IMG/VR virus record: IMGVR_UViG_3300017784_009384
Location: 1-38,633 of that record
Strand: one strand, 5' to 3'
DNA length: 38,633 nucleotides
Origin: a virus
Lineage: Duplodnaviria > Caudoviricetes
Position 1 is the first letter of the stretch. Each line of letters begins with the position of its first letter. The notes beneath the pieces were generated by a model. It searched no databases and was not told where the DNA came from. It saw nothing but the letters and a program-made list of their open reading frames with translations. Made by a program: the position numbers and the translations under genes. Positions 11,401 through 20,055 of the stretch are shown here, piece by piece.

Positions 11401-11889
11401 TTTGACGGTGAACTTGTAGGCAATGAATATTTTGAAGAAAATAACTTTATCTTTAACAATCTTTTAAAAGAACCTTTTCATGCTGGTGCTACACCTTCAT
11501 TTAATAATAAATTACTTGCAACTAGATTAAGACAAAAAGATACATTCTTAGCAAATAATTTAAAACTAAAAAACATCTACCTATACAATAGACCCTTAGA
11601 TTACCATGAAATTAGTTTGCATGTAAAGCAAGGGTTAGATTTTTACCCTATTTCCTTTGATGTTCCAAGCGGTCGTCGTAATATATTAGATGAAATTGAG
11701 TATATATTTAAAAACAAAATTCCAGGGTTTAAGACGGGCATCTTTGATCTTGAAATAAAAAACACAGGAATCACTGACCCTGCGTTAAAATCTACATTGG
11801 AAAAGCAAATCAAACAAACTCTTGCTGGTTGTATACCTTCATATACAAAATTAAGAGATATTATATGGAGCGATCCAAATGCAAGCTAA
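8467..11889 (+). CDS. large virion/baseplate-associated protein with LamG/ConA-like and beta-propeller regions
   Basis: FTINFYMYVNDW, YHHVSV..D...G.MSLYFDG and LKNIYLYNRPL are LamG strands; VDLDGNLWAL is a propeller blade. Confidence 0.6.
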   Translation: MEIRPLNKTTFPSLRLQYNLDSTLNVNSDNFENEQNLDVLLNNFLSDARDTSSNKYSNFYLTNRVNLSQNIEFKELANPEVEVFTTWLASDADKQLNTKTDFWTIGTDIEGATTLQDVAASGIFISIDNTYIFDIELLNEKVCRVSHTYNNYTRYLTINYLNATGNSFFCLDNGQDPYDLNSTQTFCYLYDRRNDFIVLFKLINDIAYIVYTLETTKDISLAKPLTSDDFGFTNDQIYRCRTRFESANKPIVNSIWAQYEKAFKDNNLTIDDRPAPLNVFCPSYASIDTNFLVNTEYYNLSNNTLPINILTLKNTNTPENYQSKNNPFAVREPEIQQRQYRKLFTGTNQIGGYDNVKLSYETFTSQRKFEPDKLTYFHAPQDLFPYLQLNVKDTGLIESGSIAGDHPLKSDKIFKKKAGYKYTSPFGNASNEQNGSFLCTWLSGADNIRIRPVWLDRYYFPDQTTSLAAMTAAVNPFINYTSEIQGIRTELPFLKQVVVDIPSRLAFEPGVQYAYHHIGKNTVNQLIETLDNALFQKNLPTYTNTTYDILTGNLIDQEQEEYIFDGNRYGQTSRVSSPENFNQFTINFYMYVNDWQSNFGNQIIGNYVNDGFGVYNTNYVTPFITLLSPSAINVFNTDGILADRKLFDSNITNIFKYDQCEDYFAVKADNIVIRVNTDNVSLNKYAFGNIGNSRSIYTFNDNLAFVLTGSQSDAFYCINTDTGGLSGYNRTPYLYDAANIIDFTNTGFLNILMHKNQIYVIQGYSPQILNNDIYFSWGNFIWQFNTITKERYSAYKFNTLIDFNVDLDGNLWALHDSNKISKLDTSSDKNVLFTKTLNLSGTFSNIDLLSYFQGNMYKKEMLAYSRLSGADHKLRMDKVDYDGNVVMTTLLPSYLSASVTDINGITSKTDTTGGDYARYYVREQYPQNNLSAKIRLRNVYDFGKTRKIDLKFNLSAVDIGYHHVSVRADTFKGIMSLYFDGELVGNEYFEENNFIFNNLLKEPFHAGATPSFNNKLLATRLRQKDTFLANNLKLKNIYLYNRPLDYHEISLHVKQGLDFYPISFDVPSGRRNILDEIEYIFKNKIPGFKTGIFDLEIKNTGITDPALKSTLEKQIKQTLAGCIPSYTKLRDIIWSDPNAS

Positions 11890-13609
11890 AGAAATAATTA
11901 CACTCTACAACTACAATTATGACCGCTCACTTGGCGTGCCGCAGAGCTTGCCTTATAATCTCGATTCTATTCTTCTGCCTAATAATGAAATAGCATACTA
12001 CACAACTATTAATGAAGTCTATGCTAAGTTACAAGCAAATTTAGTTTACTTGTATTCTCTTACTAAATTATCTGATAATAATATACCTGTAGATTATGCG
12101 AAAATAGCTTCAGGTACACCCACTGCTTTCTACCCTGCATCAGGCGCTTTTAGATGGATATCTACAGATTCAATCACATCTAATCAAAGCAAACCGCTCT
12201 CCACATATGGCTTGTCTCAACTTGACAAATTTAACGATGGTAAGTTTTACGAAAATAATGTTCTTGGTGATGGTTCTAATCTTGGATTTTTTGTTTCAAA
12301 TAATTTTATATATGCTTTAACATCTAATTATTCTGAAGATACTATTGGTGTACTTCTTTCAGCTAATCGGGTTACTGAAAGTTCTCAGTTTACTTTTTCT
12401 AATCTTAATTCTATAGCTTTTGACGGTAATATTTTTATATATGTGGCAGATAGCGGTCTTGATTCTGTATACAAATATGATATTTCTAATTTAATTTTTG
12501 AAGACAATATAATTGGCAGGAAGATCCTCTATGTTGATAGCATGGGAGGCACTGGCACATATCAAGATAATAGCAAGTTCAACAATCCTTCACACATTAA
12601 TATATACGGTAGCGATTTATACGTTGTAGATAAAAATAATTATTGTGTAAAAGTTTTTGATAGCAATCTGAACTGGAAAACAACATATAGAAGAAAAGCA
12701 CTATTTCAGCAAAATAACATTACAGCTTTTAGAGTTAACCCAAATAATAATTTATTTTATTTTGGATTTGAAGACAAGTTTACTATTTTAACTTCAGAAT
12801 TAACAATTCCTTTGCCACCTGAGATGCCTAAAATTTTGGAGGGGAACATACCGTACGATGCACAAAGAGCATCTACAACTACTAACATTGATGTGAACGA
12901 TACTGTATTATACAGTCTTTCATCATTTTTGCTTTCTGGTGAGAATATTGTTGATTTCAGTTTTTCAAAAATAGATAAGAATATCTTTTACATCATAACA
13001 AATAAAAATATATATAAAAGATTTATAAGCAAACCAGATATACACATAGGTCAGTTTCAGCTTTCACGTGATAATCTTTTTATTGATAATTTTAAATTTA
13101 GTTATCTGGAAACATATGACGATAACACTGACAATCTTATTGTTTATGGTAACAGAAATAACGCAGGTATATTTTATTCTTTTCTTGAAGATTCCAATTA
13201 CATAACAATTCTAACTAATAATGATTTGGACTTGTACACTATTCAAGAAATTGATATAAATCCTGAAGAATATTCACAGGATTGGGTATTTTCAAAAGCT
13301 AATCACAAGATCTTACTCAATATACTTGCAATGAGAGATAGAATAGTAAAGAGGTTTGCCGGCAAATATGATGAAGATGGAAATTTGTTGTTTTTTGGTA
13401 CTTTATATTTACTTGATAATGAAATACAAAAAGAACAGTTTGATTTATCATTAAATTATTTTGTAGGAATCAATGAAATGTTTAGCAATTCTGTAATAAA
13501 CAGAAGCATCAAGAAATTTTATAGTCTCCAAACACAAATGCTGAGTGTTCTAAGAGATGTAGCTACAAACGTGTATCCACCATTAACATCTATAAGGGTG
13601 GTATCATAA
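11879..13609 (+). CDS. NHL-repeat beta-propeller virion protein
   Basis: FSNLNSIAFDGNIFIYVADSG and KFNNPSHINIYGSDLYVVDKNNYCVKVFD are NHL repeats. Confidence 0.7.
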   Translation: MQAKEIITLYNYNYDRSLGVPQSLPYNLDSILLPNNEIAYYTTINEVYAKLQANLVYLYSLTKLSDNNIPVDYAKIASGTPTAFYPASGAFRWISTDSITSNQSKPLSTYGLSQLDKFNDGKFYENNVLGDGSNLGFFVSNNFIYALTSNYSEDTIGVLLSANRVTESSQFTFSNLNSIAFDGNIFIYVADSGLDSVYKYDISNLIFEDNIIGRKILYVDSMGGTGTYQDNSKFNNPSHINIYGSDLYVVDKNNYCVKVFDSNLNWKTTYRRKALFQQNNITAFRVNPNNNLFYFGFEDKFTILTSELTIPLPPEMPKILEGNIPYDAQRASTTTNIDVNDTVLYSLSSFLLSGENIVDFSFSKIDKNIFYIITNKNIYKRFISKPDIHIGQFQLSRDNLFIDNFKFSYLETYDDNTDNLIVYGNRNNAGIFYSFLEDSNYITILTNNDLDLYTIQEIDINPEEYSQDWVFSKANHKILLNILAMRDRIVKRFAGKYDEDGNLLFFGTLYLLDNEIQKEQFDLSLNYFVGINEMFSNSVINRSIKKFYSLQTQMLSVLRDVATNVYPPLTSIRVVS

Positions 13610-13612
13610 AAT

Positions 13613-13633
13613 TTTTACGTTTAAAACGTAAAA
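13613..13633. repeat. perfect 10-bp inverted repeat TTTTACGTTT-A-AAACGTAAAA (possible terminator or operator)
   Basis: Read directly; lies between the stop at 13609 and the TATAAATA promoter. Confidence 0.6.
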
Positions 13634-13638
13634 TTACT

Positions 13639-13646
13639 TATAAATA
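13639..13646 (+). promoter_or_regulatory. consensus T4 late promoter TATAAATA, 5 nt before ATG 13652
   Basis: Exact match to the T4 late consensus. Confidence 0.75.
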
Positions 13647-13651
13647 CATAT

Positions 13652-13909
13652 ATGGCTGGAAATGCACGATTTCATAACAAGTACCATAGAGCTAATCACC
13701 ATACAACACCTTCTGGCACAATACCTGATAGTGGATCAGATCCTATAGCATCACCACAATATCCATTTCAAGGTGATTTTGTTATTAATGGTGTGCTTTC
13801 AGCCAGTGGTGGGTTAAAGATGCAAGGTCTATCTGGTATTAATCATTCAGCCAATATTAATGCTTCAACCTTTACATGGAAAGACGGAATATTGGTAAGC
13901 GTGGTATAA
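13652..13909 (+). CDS. small virion structural protein (fibre-associated)
   Basis: Late promoter; FQGDFVINGVLSASG fibre-like beta segment. Confidence 0.5.
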   Translation: MAGNARFHNKYHRANHHTTPSGTIPDSGSDPIASPQYPFQGDFVINGVLSASGGLKMQGLSGINHSANINASTFTWKDGILVSVV

Positions 13910-13913
13910 TAAA

Positions 13914-14612
13914 ATGGCAGATTTAAGCATAGTCAAAATTAAGGTTCGTAGAGGCACAGACTCTGATAGAACCCGTGTAATTCTTGATGAAGGAGAGCTA
14001 GGATTTACAACTGATACACAACGTCTTTATGTGGGTGATGGCAACACTCTTGGTGGTGTTAATATTGCAAATAAATTTCTAGGCAGGGGACAAAGACAAT
14101 CATTTGGTGCAGCTGTTATTGGTGATACAGTATACGATGTTCTGCAGAATAATCTTTTTGCTTTAACAGCTGTACCTGCTTCTCTTTCTGCAAGTTGGGC
14201 TAACTTAGGACCTTTAGTTGACAACACAACAGTTCAATATGATGTAAACTTTAAGCTTGGTATTATTGATCATGCTATTACCCGTCTGCAGCTTAATGCA
14301 GCAGATATTGTTTTTACCGGGTTGTCTGCAACAGGTGACAGTCAAATTACTTTAGATCTTGATCAAAACACTTTAAAATTTAATGCTAATAAAGTTTACG
14401 TTGATACAACAGTTATTTCTCTTACTTCATTAAAGTCAACAGCACAAGGACTAGATGTAAGTAATTTAAAATTTGATGGTCTCTATGTTGTGGGTGGAGC
14501 TTCTTCACTTGCTTCAGATGCTACATATGCATCATTGCCATCAAAATCATTGTTTATTCTTAATGACCCGTACCCATCAAATTTTTATTACCTAATGGTT
14601 AAGACACCTTAA
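13914..14612 (+). CDS. tail fibre-associated protein with Mtd_N/hyaluronidase-N-like domain
   Basis: IKVRRGT...LDEGELGFTTDTQRLYVGDG motif. Confidence 0.75.
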   Translation: MADLSIVKIKVRRGTDSDRTRVILDEGELGFTTDTQRLYVGDGNTLGGVNIANKFLGRGQRQSFGAAVIGDTVYDVLQNNLFALTAVPASLSASWANLGPLVDNTTVQYDVNFKLGIIDHAITRLQLNAADIVFTGLSATGDSQITLDLDQNTLKFNANKVYVDTTVISLTSLKSTAQGLDVSNLKFDGLYVVGGASSLASDATYASLPSKSLFILNDPYPSNFYYLMVKTP

Positions 14613-14615
14613 TAT

Positions 14616-14621
14616 TAAATA
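14616..14621 (+). promoter_or_regulatory. late promoter core TAAATA, 5 nt before ATG 14627
   Basis: Direct sequence; recurrent motif. Confidence 0.6.
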
Positions 14622-14626
14622 TTTTT

Positions 14627-16561
14627 ATGGCAGTATTTGAAGTAACAGATAAGACAATTCTCAAGATCCTTGTAAGACGGGGGTTAGAAGAAGAACGTCA
14701 GAATGTTCGTCTAGACGAAGGTGAGCTTGGGTATACTATTGATTCAAAGCGTCTATTTGTTGGTGACGGCCTAGGTGGTGGTGGCAGTGTGGTTGGCAAT
14801 TTATATCAAGGCGCATTCCCTGATGTGGATACAGTAATATCCACAGTTGCCGGCTTGCAACCAGGTGATACTTTTTATGATACTACAGAATCAACACTGT
14901 ATGCTCTTGGTGAAGATGCTGCAACAAAATTTGACATTCACCCACGTTACGAACAGTTAGTTCTAGAAAAAACAACATCAGCGATCGGCAGGGTAAGAAT
15001 ATCAGAAAGTGTTTTTGGTAAAAGTGTTATTGGGATTACAAATTATCGCAAAGCATTTTTCTTTGATTACGATTTATATGAACCTTTTTATGGTACCAAT
15101 AGAGTAGTAGAGTTAAACACAAACTACTGGGCTATAACTTCCAAATCTAATTTTAATCCTGCAAACAATGATGGAGTTTTTTATTTTGGTAACATTGGTA
15201 GTATCACGCCAGGCACTATAAAATCCGATTTAGATTATAGAATCAATATTAATACTGCCGGGCTCAATAAAGGGGCACTCATTGTTTATGGCACTGGTTC
15301 TGATGTGTTCACAATTGGCAGCGGTGGCGAAATTGGCAATGCCAATGGCATAACTAGTATTATTGGCCTTAGTGGTATTCAGTTTTTTCCTGGAACTGAC
15401 AATAAAAACGATCCCTCAAAACTTGCCCTCTCCTTTAGCCCTTCAGGCACAGCATATTTTCAAAAAACAGGTGGTTCAGCATCACAACCAGCCTTCTTAG
15501 TGGATGGTTTTAGCAGATTTTCAAACAGTGTAATGGTTGATAACAACTTATTGGTAGTAGGCAATCTAACAGCATTGGGCGATTTCACAGTTCTTGATAC
15601 ATTTGTTACAACATCATCTGCTTTGTCTGTTATTAATTCATCACCCAACACTGCTTTTACTGTGAAACAAGAGGCTAATAATGCCAATTATAATACTGCG
15701 CAGTTTATTAATAGCAATTTGCCTGCAAATAGAGTGTTGATTGACCGCTATTCAAATGCTGTTTTTGGTCAAGGTTATGGCATGGTAGACAGAAACAGTG
15801 GTAGTACAAACACTGCTGCAATGTCCACAGTGCTTATTGCAGGTGGTCTGTTCTTGAGAGACATTTCTACTTCTAATAATAGTGGTCTCAATGTTAGTGT
15901 GCGTGGCAATTCACAACTGCAATCTGGATTTAATTTCATTGATGGTAGCGCCAGTGGTACTGTAATTTCAAAGGGTCGTGCTACACCAGTCGATTATCCA
16001 ATTGGGTTAGCTTTGTATGTGGAAGGTGCAGCTGCGAACCAAAGTGCAGTCAAAATACTGGGCAATCCTGATTATGGTGCAAATTATCCCACATTGGTTG
16101 TTGCATCTGATCGATCAACTGGCAGTGCTGCCCATCCTCTGTTCAGTGGCAGGTACAATGGGTCTGGTGGTAATCCTTATGATGGCATACAAACATCAAT
16201 GATTGCTTCTGACGGTAGCTTTATATTCAATGGCAATGGCACAGTGGGAGGCAAGTTGGATGTGACTCTTGACATCACTGCATTCTATAGCTCTGATGAA
16301 AGACTCAAAGACAATGTGCAAGTGCTGGAATCATCTTTGGAGAAAATTGAAAAAATACGTGGTGTAAGCTTTGATTGGGCAGCAGATGCACCACATGCAG
16401 GTCATGATGTGGGTGTCATTGCACAAGAAATTGAAAAAGTATTACCGGAGGTTGTAGTGACTCGTGAAAATGGCATGAAAGCTGTTAGATACGAAAAGTT
16501 AGTGCCTCTACTCATTGAAGGCATTAAGGAGTTGCATAAATTAATTAAATGCCAGCAATAA
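14627..16561 (+). CDS. tail fibre protein with Mtd_N-like N-terminus and C-terminal intramolecular chaperone (peptidase S74)
   Basis: LVRRG...LDEGELGYTIDSKRLFVGDG; SSDERLKDNV (autocleavage site), GVIAQEIEKVLPEVV and VRYEKLVPLLIEGIKEL. Confidence 0.9.
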   Translation: MAVFEVTDKTILKILVRRGLEEERQNVRLDEGELGYTIDSKRLFVGDGLGGGGSVVGNLYQGAFPDVDTVISTVAGLQPGDTFYDTTESTLYALGEDAATKFDIHPRYEQLVLEKTTSAIGRVRISESVFGKSVIGITNYRKAFFFDYDLYEPFYGTNRVVELNTNYWAITSKSNFNPANNDGVFYFGNIGSITPGTIKSDLDYRININTAGLNKGALIVYGTGSDVFTIGSGGEIGNANGITSIIGLSGIQFFPGTDNKNDPSKLALSFSPSGTAYFQKTGGSASQPAFLVDGFSRFSNSVMVDNNLLVVGNLTALGDFTVLDTFVTTSSALSVINSSPNTAFTVKQEANNANYNTAQFINSNLPANRVLIDRYSNAVFGQGYGMVDRNSGSTNTAAMSTVLIAGGLFLRDISTSNNSGLNVSVRGNSQLQSGFNFIDGSASGTVISKGRATPVDYPIGLALYVEGAAANQSAVKILGNPDYGANYPTLVVASDRSTGSAAHPLFSGRYNGSGGNPYDGIQTSMIASDGSFIFNGNGTVGGKLDVTLDITAFYSSDERLKDNVQVLESSLEKIEKIRGVSFDWAADAPHAGHDVGVIAQEIEKVLPEVVVTRENGMKAVRYEKLVPLLIEGIKELHKLIKCQQ

Positions 16562-17217
16562 CTACATCTCCTTCATCTCAACTATCAATGTCTAGCATAC
16601 AACAATTTCTAGCAAATGCAGGTGGTCCTGCACCTGGTGCTACAAATATATCTTTATCTGGCTTGGAAGTTAACTACATGGGTAACAATGTTAGTGGTAC
16701 CGGTGCTATTGTAACCACTGCCAAGGTTTGCATGTGGCGCCAACAAGATACTTTTAATCGTGGTCCGGATCCAGGCCCAGGACATCAGACTGACCCCACT
16801 GCATATACACCTAGCAGTCCAAATAAACCGTGGGATTATTTTGGTGGCACAGGAGTGCCCTGGAGACCAACAAGAATTTCAGAATTTCAACAAGCATATT
16901 ACACCCCACCTGCTTGCGTTGGTTATGGTGTTGCAACAGGCGCAAGAAATTCCACTGGTATAATACGGTTTGATTTCTCTGGTGGTTCACGGTCTTCAAA
17001 TATACCCAACCCCTCCACTCGCACATATTACTTGTATGTATTTGCAGGCTTAGGTATATCTCCTCTACCCGGGTGGGTTTCAACTGCTGATACAAGATAT
17101 GATTTTGCCTGCGACTCAAGCGCAAATGTACAAGCATATGTTGTTGACGATTTGTTCTGCGGTGGCCAAATGACTGGCAATGAAATTAGAAACACTGGAA
17201 CTCCTCAATACCCTTAA
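16549..17217 (+). CDS. putative fibre-tip adhesin / receptor-binding accessory protein
   Basis: Overlaps the fibre stop codon; N-terminal SQLSMSSIQ...NISLSGL pattern of small proteins that follow S74 fibres; Gly/Pro/Thr-rich. Confidence 0.5.
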   Translation: MPAITTSPSSQLSMSSIQQFLANAGGPAPGATNISLSGLEVNYMGNNVSGTGAIVTTAKVCMWRQQDTFNRGPDPGPGHQTDPTAYTPSSPNKPWDYFGGTGVPWRPTRISEFQQAYYTPPACVGYGVATGARNSTGIIRFDFSGGSRSSNIPNPSTRTYYLYVFAGLGISPLPGWVSTADTRYDFACDSSANVQAYVVDDLFCGGQMTGNEIRNTGTPQYP

Positions 17218-17219
17218 TA

Positions 17220-17247
17220 TTGATTTTCATATTCATAGCTATAAAAT
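17220..17247 (+). promoter_or_regulatory. sigma70-like promoter TTGATT-N16-TAAAAT, 6 nt before ATG 17254
   Basis: Direct sequence in an intergenic gap. Confidence 0.55.
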
Positions 17248-17253
17248 ATAGTA

Positions 17254-18558
17254 ATGAATACTGAATTAGATAAGCATTTAAATGCATCCTTATTATTAAT
17301 TAAAGATGAATCACAAGGCTCTGCATTTATTCTTGCCACCCGCAATAAAAAAATTGCAGAATTTTTAAATGTTCCATATGATGAAAAAAAATTAAATTCA
17401 TTTGATGAGCATCAAAAAACAAATTATAGCCAGTTTTATAATGTTATAACAAATAAAATTGAAAGTGCGGATCCCAAATTAATCACATTTCGTTATCATA
17501 TTGGAATTCCAATGTCATTTTCACCATCGTTCTTAGTCTCAGAATCTATGGATGCAGCTGATAAAAATACTGCATTTGAAATCTATTTTGAAAACATAAA
17601 ACCGCTTTTTCAAAAAATTAAAGAATTTAAAGAACTTGGCATTGATGATTTTGGTCAAATACCATCTCTAAATCATGCTGTTTTTAATTTAAATAAGAAA
17701 CTCGCTGATCTTAATATTATTATTCCGGAAAATAATATTTTTGGATTCATATCTCTTATTGCAGCTAGCAATACACTGACACAAGCTTTTATACGCAACT
17801 ATGAAACTCTTGACTATTTGCCCAGTGTGGAGCATGTGTTTAAAGATCAAAATTTTTCGTTGGAAGTTACTACTTTTTCAGAATTCTGCGATAAAATTAA
17901 TGACCCTGCTTTTATTAAAAAAATTAAAGACGTGCATATTTCTTTTTTAAACAAATGTCGTAATGAATACCTTTCAAAGATTGAAAATGATCTCAACAAT
18001 ATACAGCAGATTGTTGATAGCACTGAACTTAATGACACAATTAATATAACAGATCTTAAATCACAGCTTTTGCTACAATTGCAACAACTTACAGAGCTTA
18101 ATATTGAAGAAGATTTGCAAAATATTGATTCGCCTTATATTGTATACAAGTACTGGCCTTTTAATACTCTACCACCTGAAGAGCTTGGATTAAGTTTACC
18201 CGCATTCAGTAAAAAGGATATTACCCTTGTGAAAACGTTGCTTAAATCTACAGATATTGACCATGTAACCAACATTCTTGTGAATCCTTCTTTTTATCTT
18301 GACGATCTTAAGAAAATAAGAGAGGGTCAAATCATAACATACAGAGATAATTTTGTAAAAGAGATTGAACAAGACATTGCAAATACTACAGATGAAGATG
18401 AAGCAGCGGATTTGAGAGATATTATTGCGTTGCTCCACGATGATAATACGCTTTATAAAGAAGAGCTTAATACTAAAAATAATATTTACGATCTATTAGA
18501 ATACTGGCCGACTATGCTTTATCCTGCACCAGATTTTGTTTATAGTTATGACAAATAA
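17254..18558 (+). CDS. helical protein with two tandem tail-fibre-assembly-chaperone-like repeats
   Basis: Two helical units, each ending in YWP..L.P (YKYWPFNTLPP; LEYWPTMLYPAP); follows the fibre genes. Confidence 0.4.
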   Translation: MNTELDKHLNASLLLIKDESQGSAFILATRNKKIAEFLNVPYDEKKLNSFDEHQKTNYSQFYNVITNKIESADPKLITFRYHIGIPMSFSPSFLVSESMDAADKNTAFEIYFENIKPLFQKIKEFKELGIDDFGQIPSLNHAVFNLNKKLADLNIIIPENNIFGFISLIAASNTLTQAFIRNYETLDYLPSVEHVFKDQNFSLEVTTFSEFCDKINDPAFIKKIKDVHISFLNKCRNEYLSKIENDLNNIQQIVDSTELNDTINITDLKSQLLLQLQQLTELNIEEDLQNIDSPYIVYKYWPFNTLPPEELGLSLPAFSKKDITLVKTLLKSTDIDHVTNILVNPSFYLDDLKKIREGQIITYRDNFVKEIEQDIANTTDEDEAADLRDIIALLHDDNTLYKEELNTKNNIYDLLEYWPTMLYPAPDFVYSYDK

Positions 18559-18560
18559 GC

Positions 18561-19319
18561 ATGCATACAGACATTCAATTAGTATCCACCCTCAATAAAA
18601 AATACCTTCCTGGTGCTCGTGCTTTCTTAAGAAGTTTGACTAAACACAATAAAATTAATTGCCTTTATAATTTTTTTATTTTTGATGAAATCAGCAATTC
18701 AGATAAAGAGTCTCTTGAATTTATTTATCCTCACATAAATTTTATTGAAATTAATAAACAAGATTACTCGTATTATAATACTAATGATGTTTTTCGAAAC
18801 TGGGGCTTTAATTGTTTTAATAGATTTGAAATTTTTACACTTAATTGTAAAAAATTAATTTTTTTTGATCTTGATATGATTGTATTGGGTTCATTAGATG
18901 AGCTCTTTACTAGCGATGTGCGTTTTGGTTCTGTGGAAATAGAATCTTTTGGTAGATTGGATCACCCAACAAAAAGAATGTTTGATGGCGGATTAATGAT
19001 AATTTCAGAAGAATTTTTAACAAATAAAACGAAAGATAGATTAATTGAAATATCTAAATTTAAAAAATGGTCTAGCGATGAACCAGTTTTAAATTTATAT
19101 TTTGAAGATAGTGTTACGTTTTTACCTAAAAAATACAACATATTGAGCTATGAATACGGCAAACACAAAAACAATTGCAGTATTTTACAATATGTAGGGT
19201 CTAAAAAACCTTGGTTTGGTGATACTATACAAGATATTTTTGATGAATATATTATTAAAAAATGCAAAGTAACAGAGCTCGCTAAAATGCAAAGGATATT
19301 TAATAGCTATGCAAATTAA
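18561..19319 (+). CDS. GT8-family glycosyltransferase
   Basis: YLPGA...SL, RFEIF, FFDLDMIV (DxD), DEPVLN, KYN and QYVGSKKPW. Confidence 0.85.
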   Translation: MHTDIQLVSTLNKKYLPGARAFLRSLTKHNKINCLYNFFIFDEISNSDKESLEFIYPHINFIEINKQDYSYYNTNDVFRNWGFNCFNRFEIFTLNCKKLIFFDLDMIVLGSLDELFTSDVRFGSVEIESFGRLDHPTKRMFDGGLMIISEEFLTNKTKDRLIEISKFKKWSSDEPVLNLYFEDSVTFLPKKYNILSYEYGKHKNNCSILQYVGSKKPWFGDTIQDIFDEYIIKKCKVTELAKMQRIFNSYAN

Positions 19320-20052
19320 TGCATTTTTTTATGGAACCAAACTAAGCTTGATGGAAAAGCTTACTATTTATAGTTTTTTAAATAATAACTATAAATTTAA
19401 ACTATTTAGCTATAACAAAAACTTTTGTGATATTCAAAATAATAATTTTGAATTAGTAAATGCAAATGAAATATTAGATCAAAAGCATTTCTTTACTTAC
19501 AAGGGCAATGGTGACTGCCCCGCAAACAGTGTTGGTGGGTTTTCAGATATTTTTCGATTCAAAATCTTACAACAATTAGATGGTTGGTATGTAGATATGG
19601 ATGTGACATGTTTAAAAAATTTCGAAAGTTTTAATGATAAATCAACTGTCTTTAGACCTAATGAACGGTACGGTGCTGTAGCAAACATAATAAAATGTAA
19701 TAATAGAGAATTTATCAATGCTATATTAGAAGATTATTGTCAATACATCAACGAGCAAAATAATGAATGGGTTAAACCGCTCGATATTTTTTACAAGAAA
19801 ATACAGCAACATGGTTTGTTAGAATGCATAGTAGATAAAAAATATTTTGGTAACGATTGCTCAAAACATGTTATAGATTATGTTGATAAAAATATCTACG
19901 AGCTTTCTTCTTTACCAGAATATGCTATACATTGGTGCAATACAGCATGCACAACAGCTAATTGGAATAAACGTTTGAAGGTTGACTGGAATACCCCCCG
20001 ACCTGCTTCGCTTTATTATTGTTTGCTTAAAAAACACGATCTAATAAAATAA
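19309..20052 (+). CDS. GT32-like (DXD sugar-binding) glycosyltransferase
   Basis: FSDIFRFKIL...GWYVDMDVTCLK and AIHW. Confidence 0.8.
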   Translation: MQINAFFYGTKLSLMEKLTIYSFLNNNYKFKLFSYNKNFCDIQNNNFELVNANEILDQKHFFTYKGNGDCPANSVGGFSDIFRFKILQQLDGWYVDMDVTCLKNFESFNDKSTVFRPNERYGAVANIIKCNNREFINAILEDYCQYINEQNNEWVKPLDIFYKKIQQHGLLECIVDKKYFGNDCSKHVIDYVDKNIYELSSLPEYAIHWCNTACTTANWNKRLKVDWNTPRPASLYYCLLKKHDLIK

Positions 20053-20055
20053 TAT

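Noticed and set aside
13914-17217. Diversity-generating retroelement suggested by Mtd_N-like domains
   Set aside because: No reverse transcriptase, Avd, TR/VR pair or C-type lectin-like variable domain was seen in the window.
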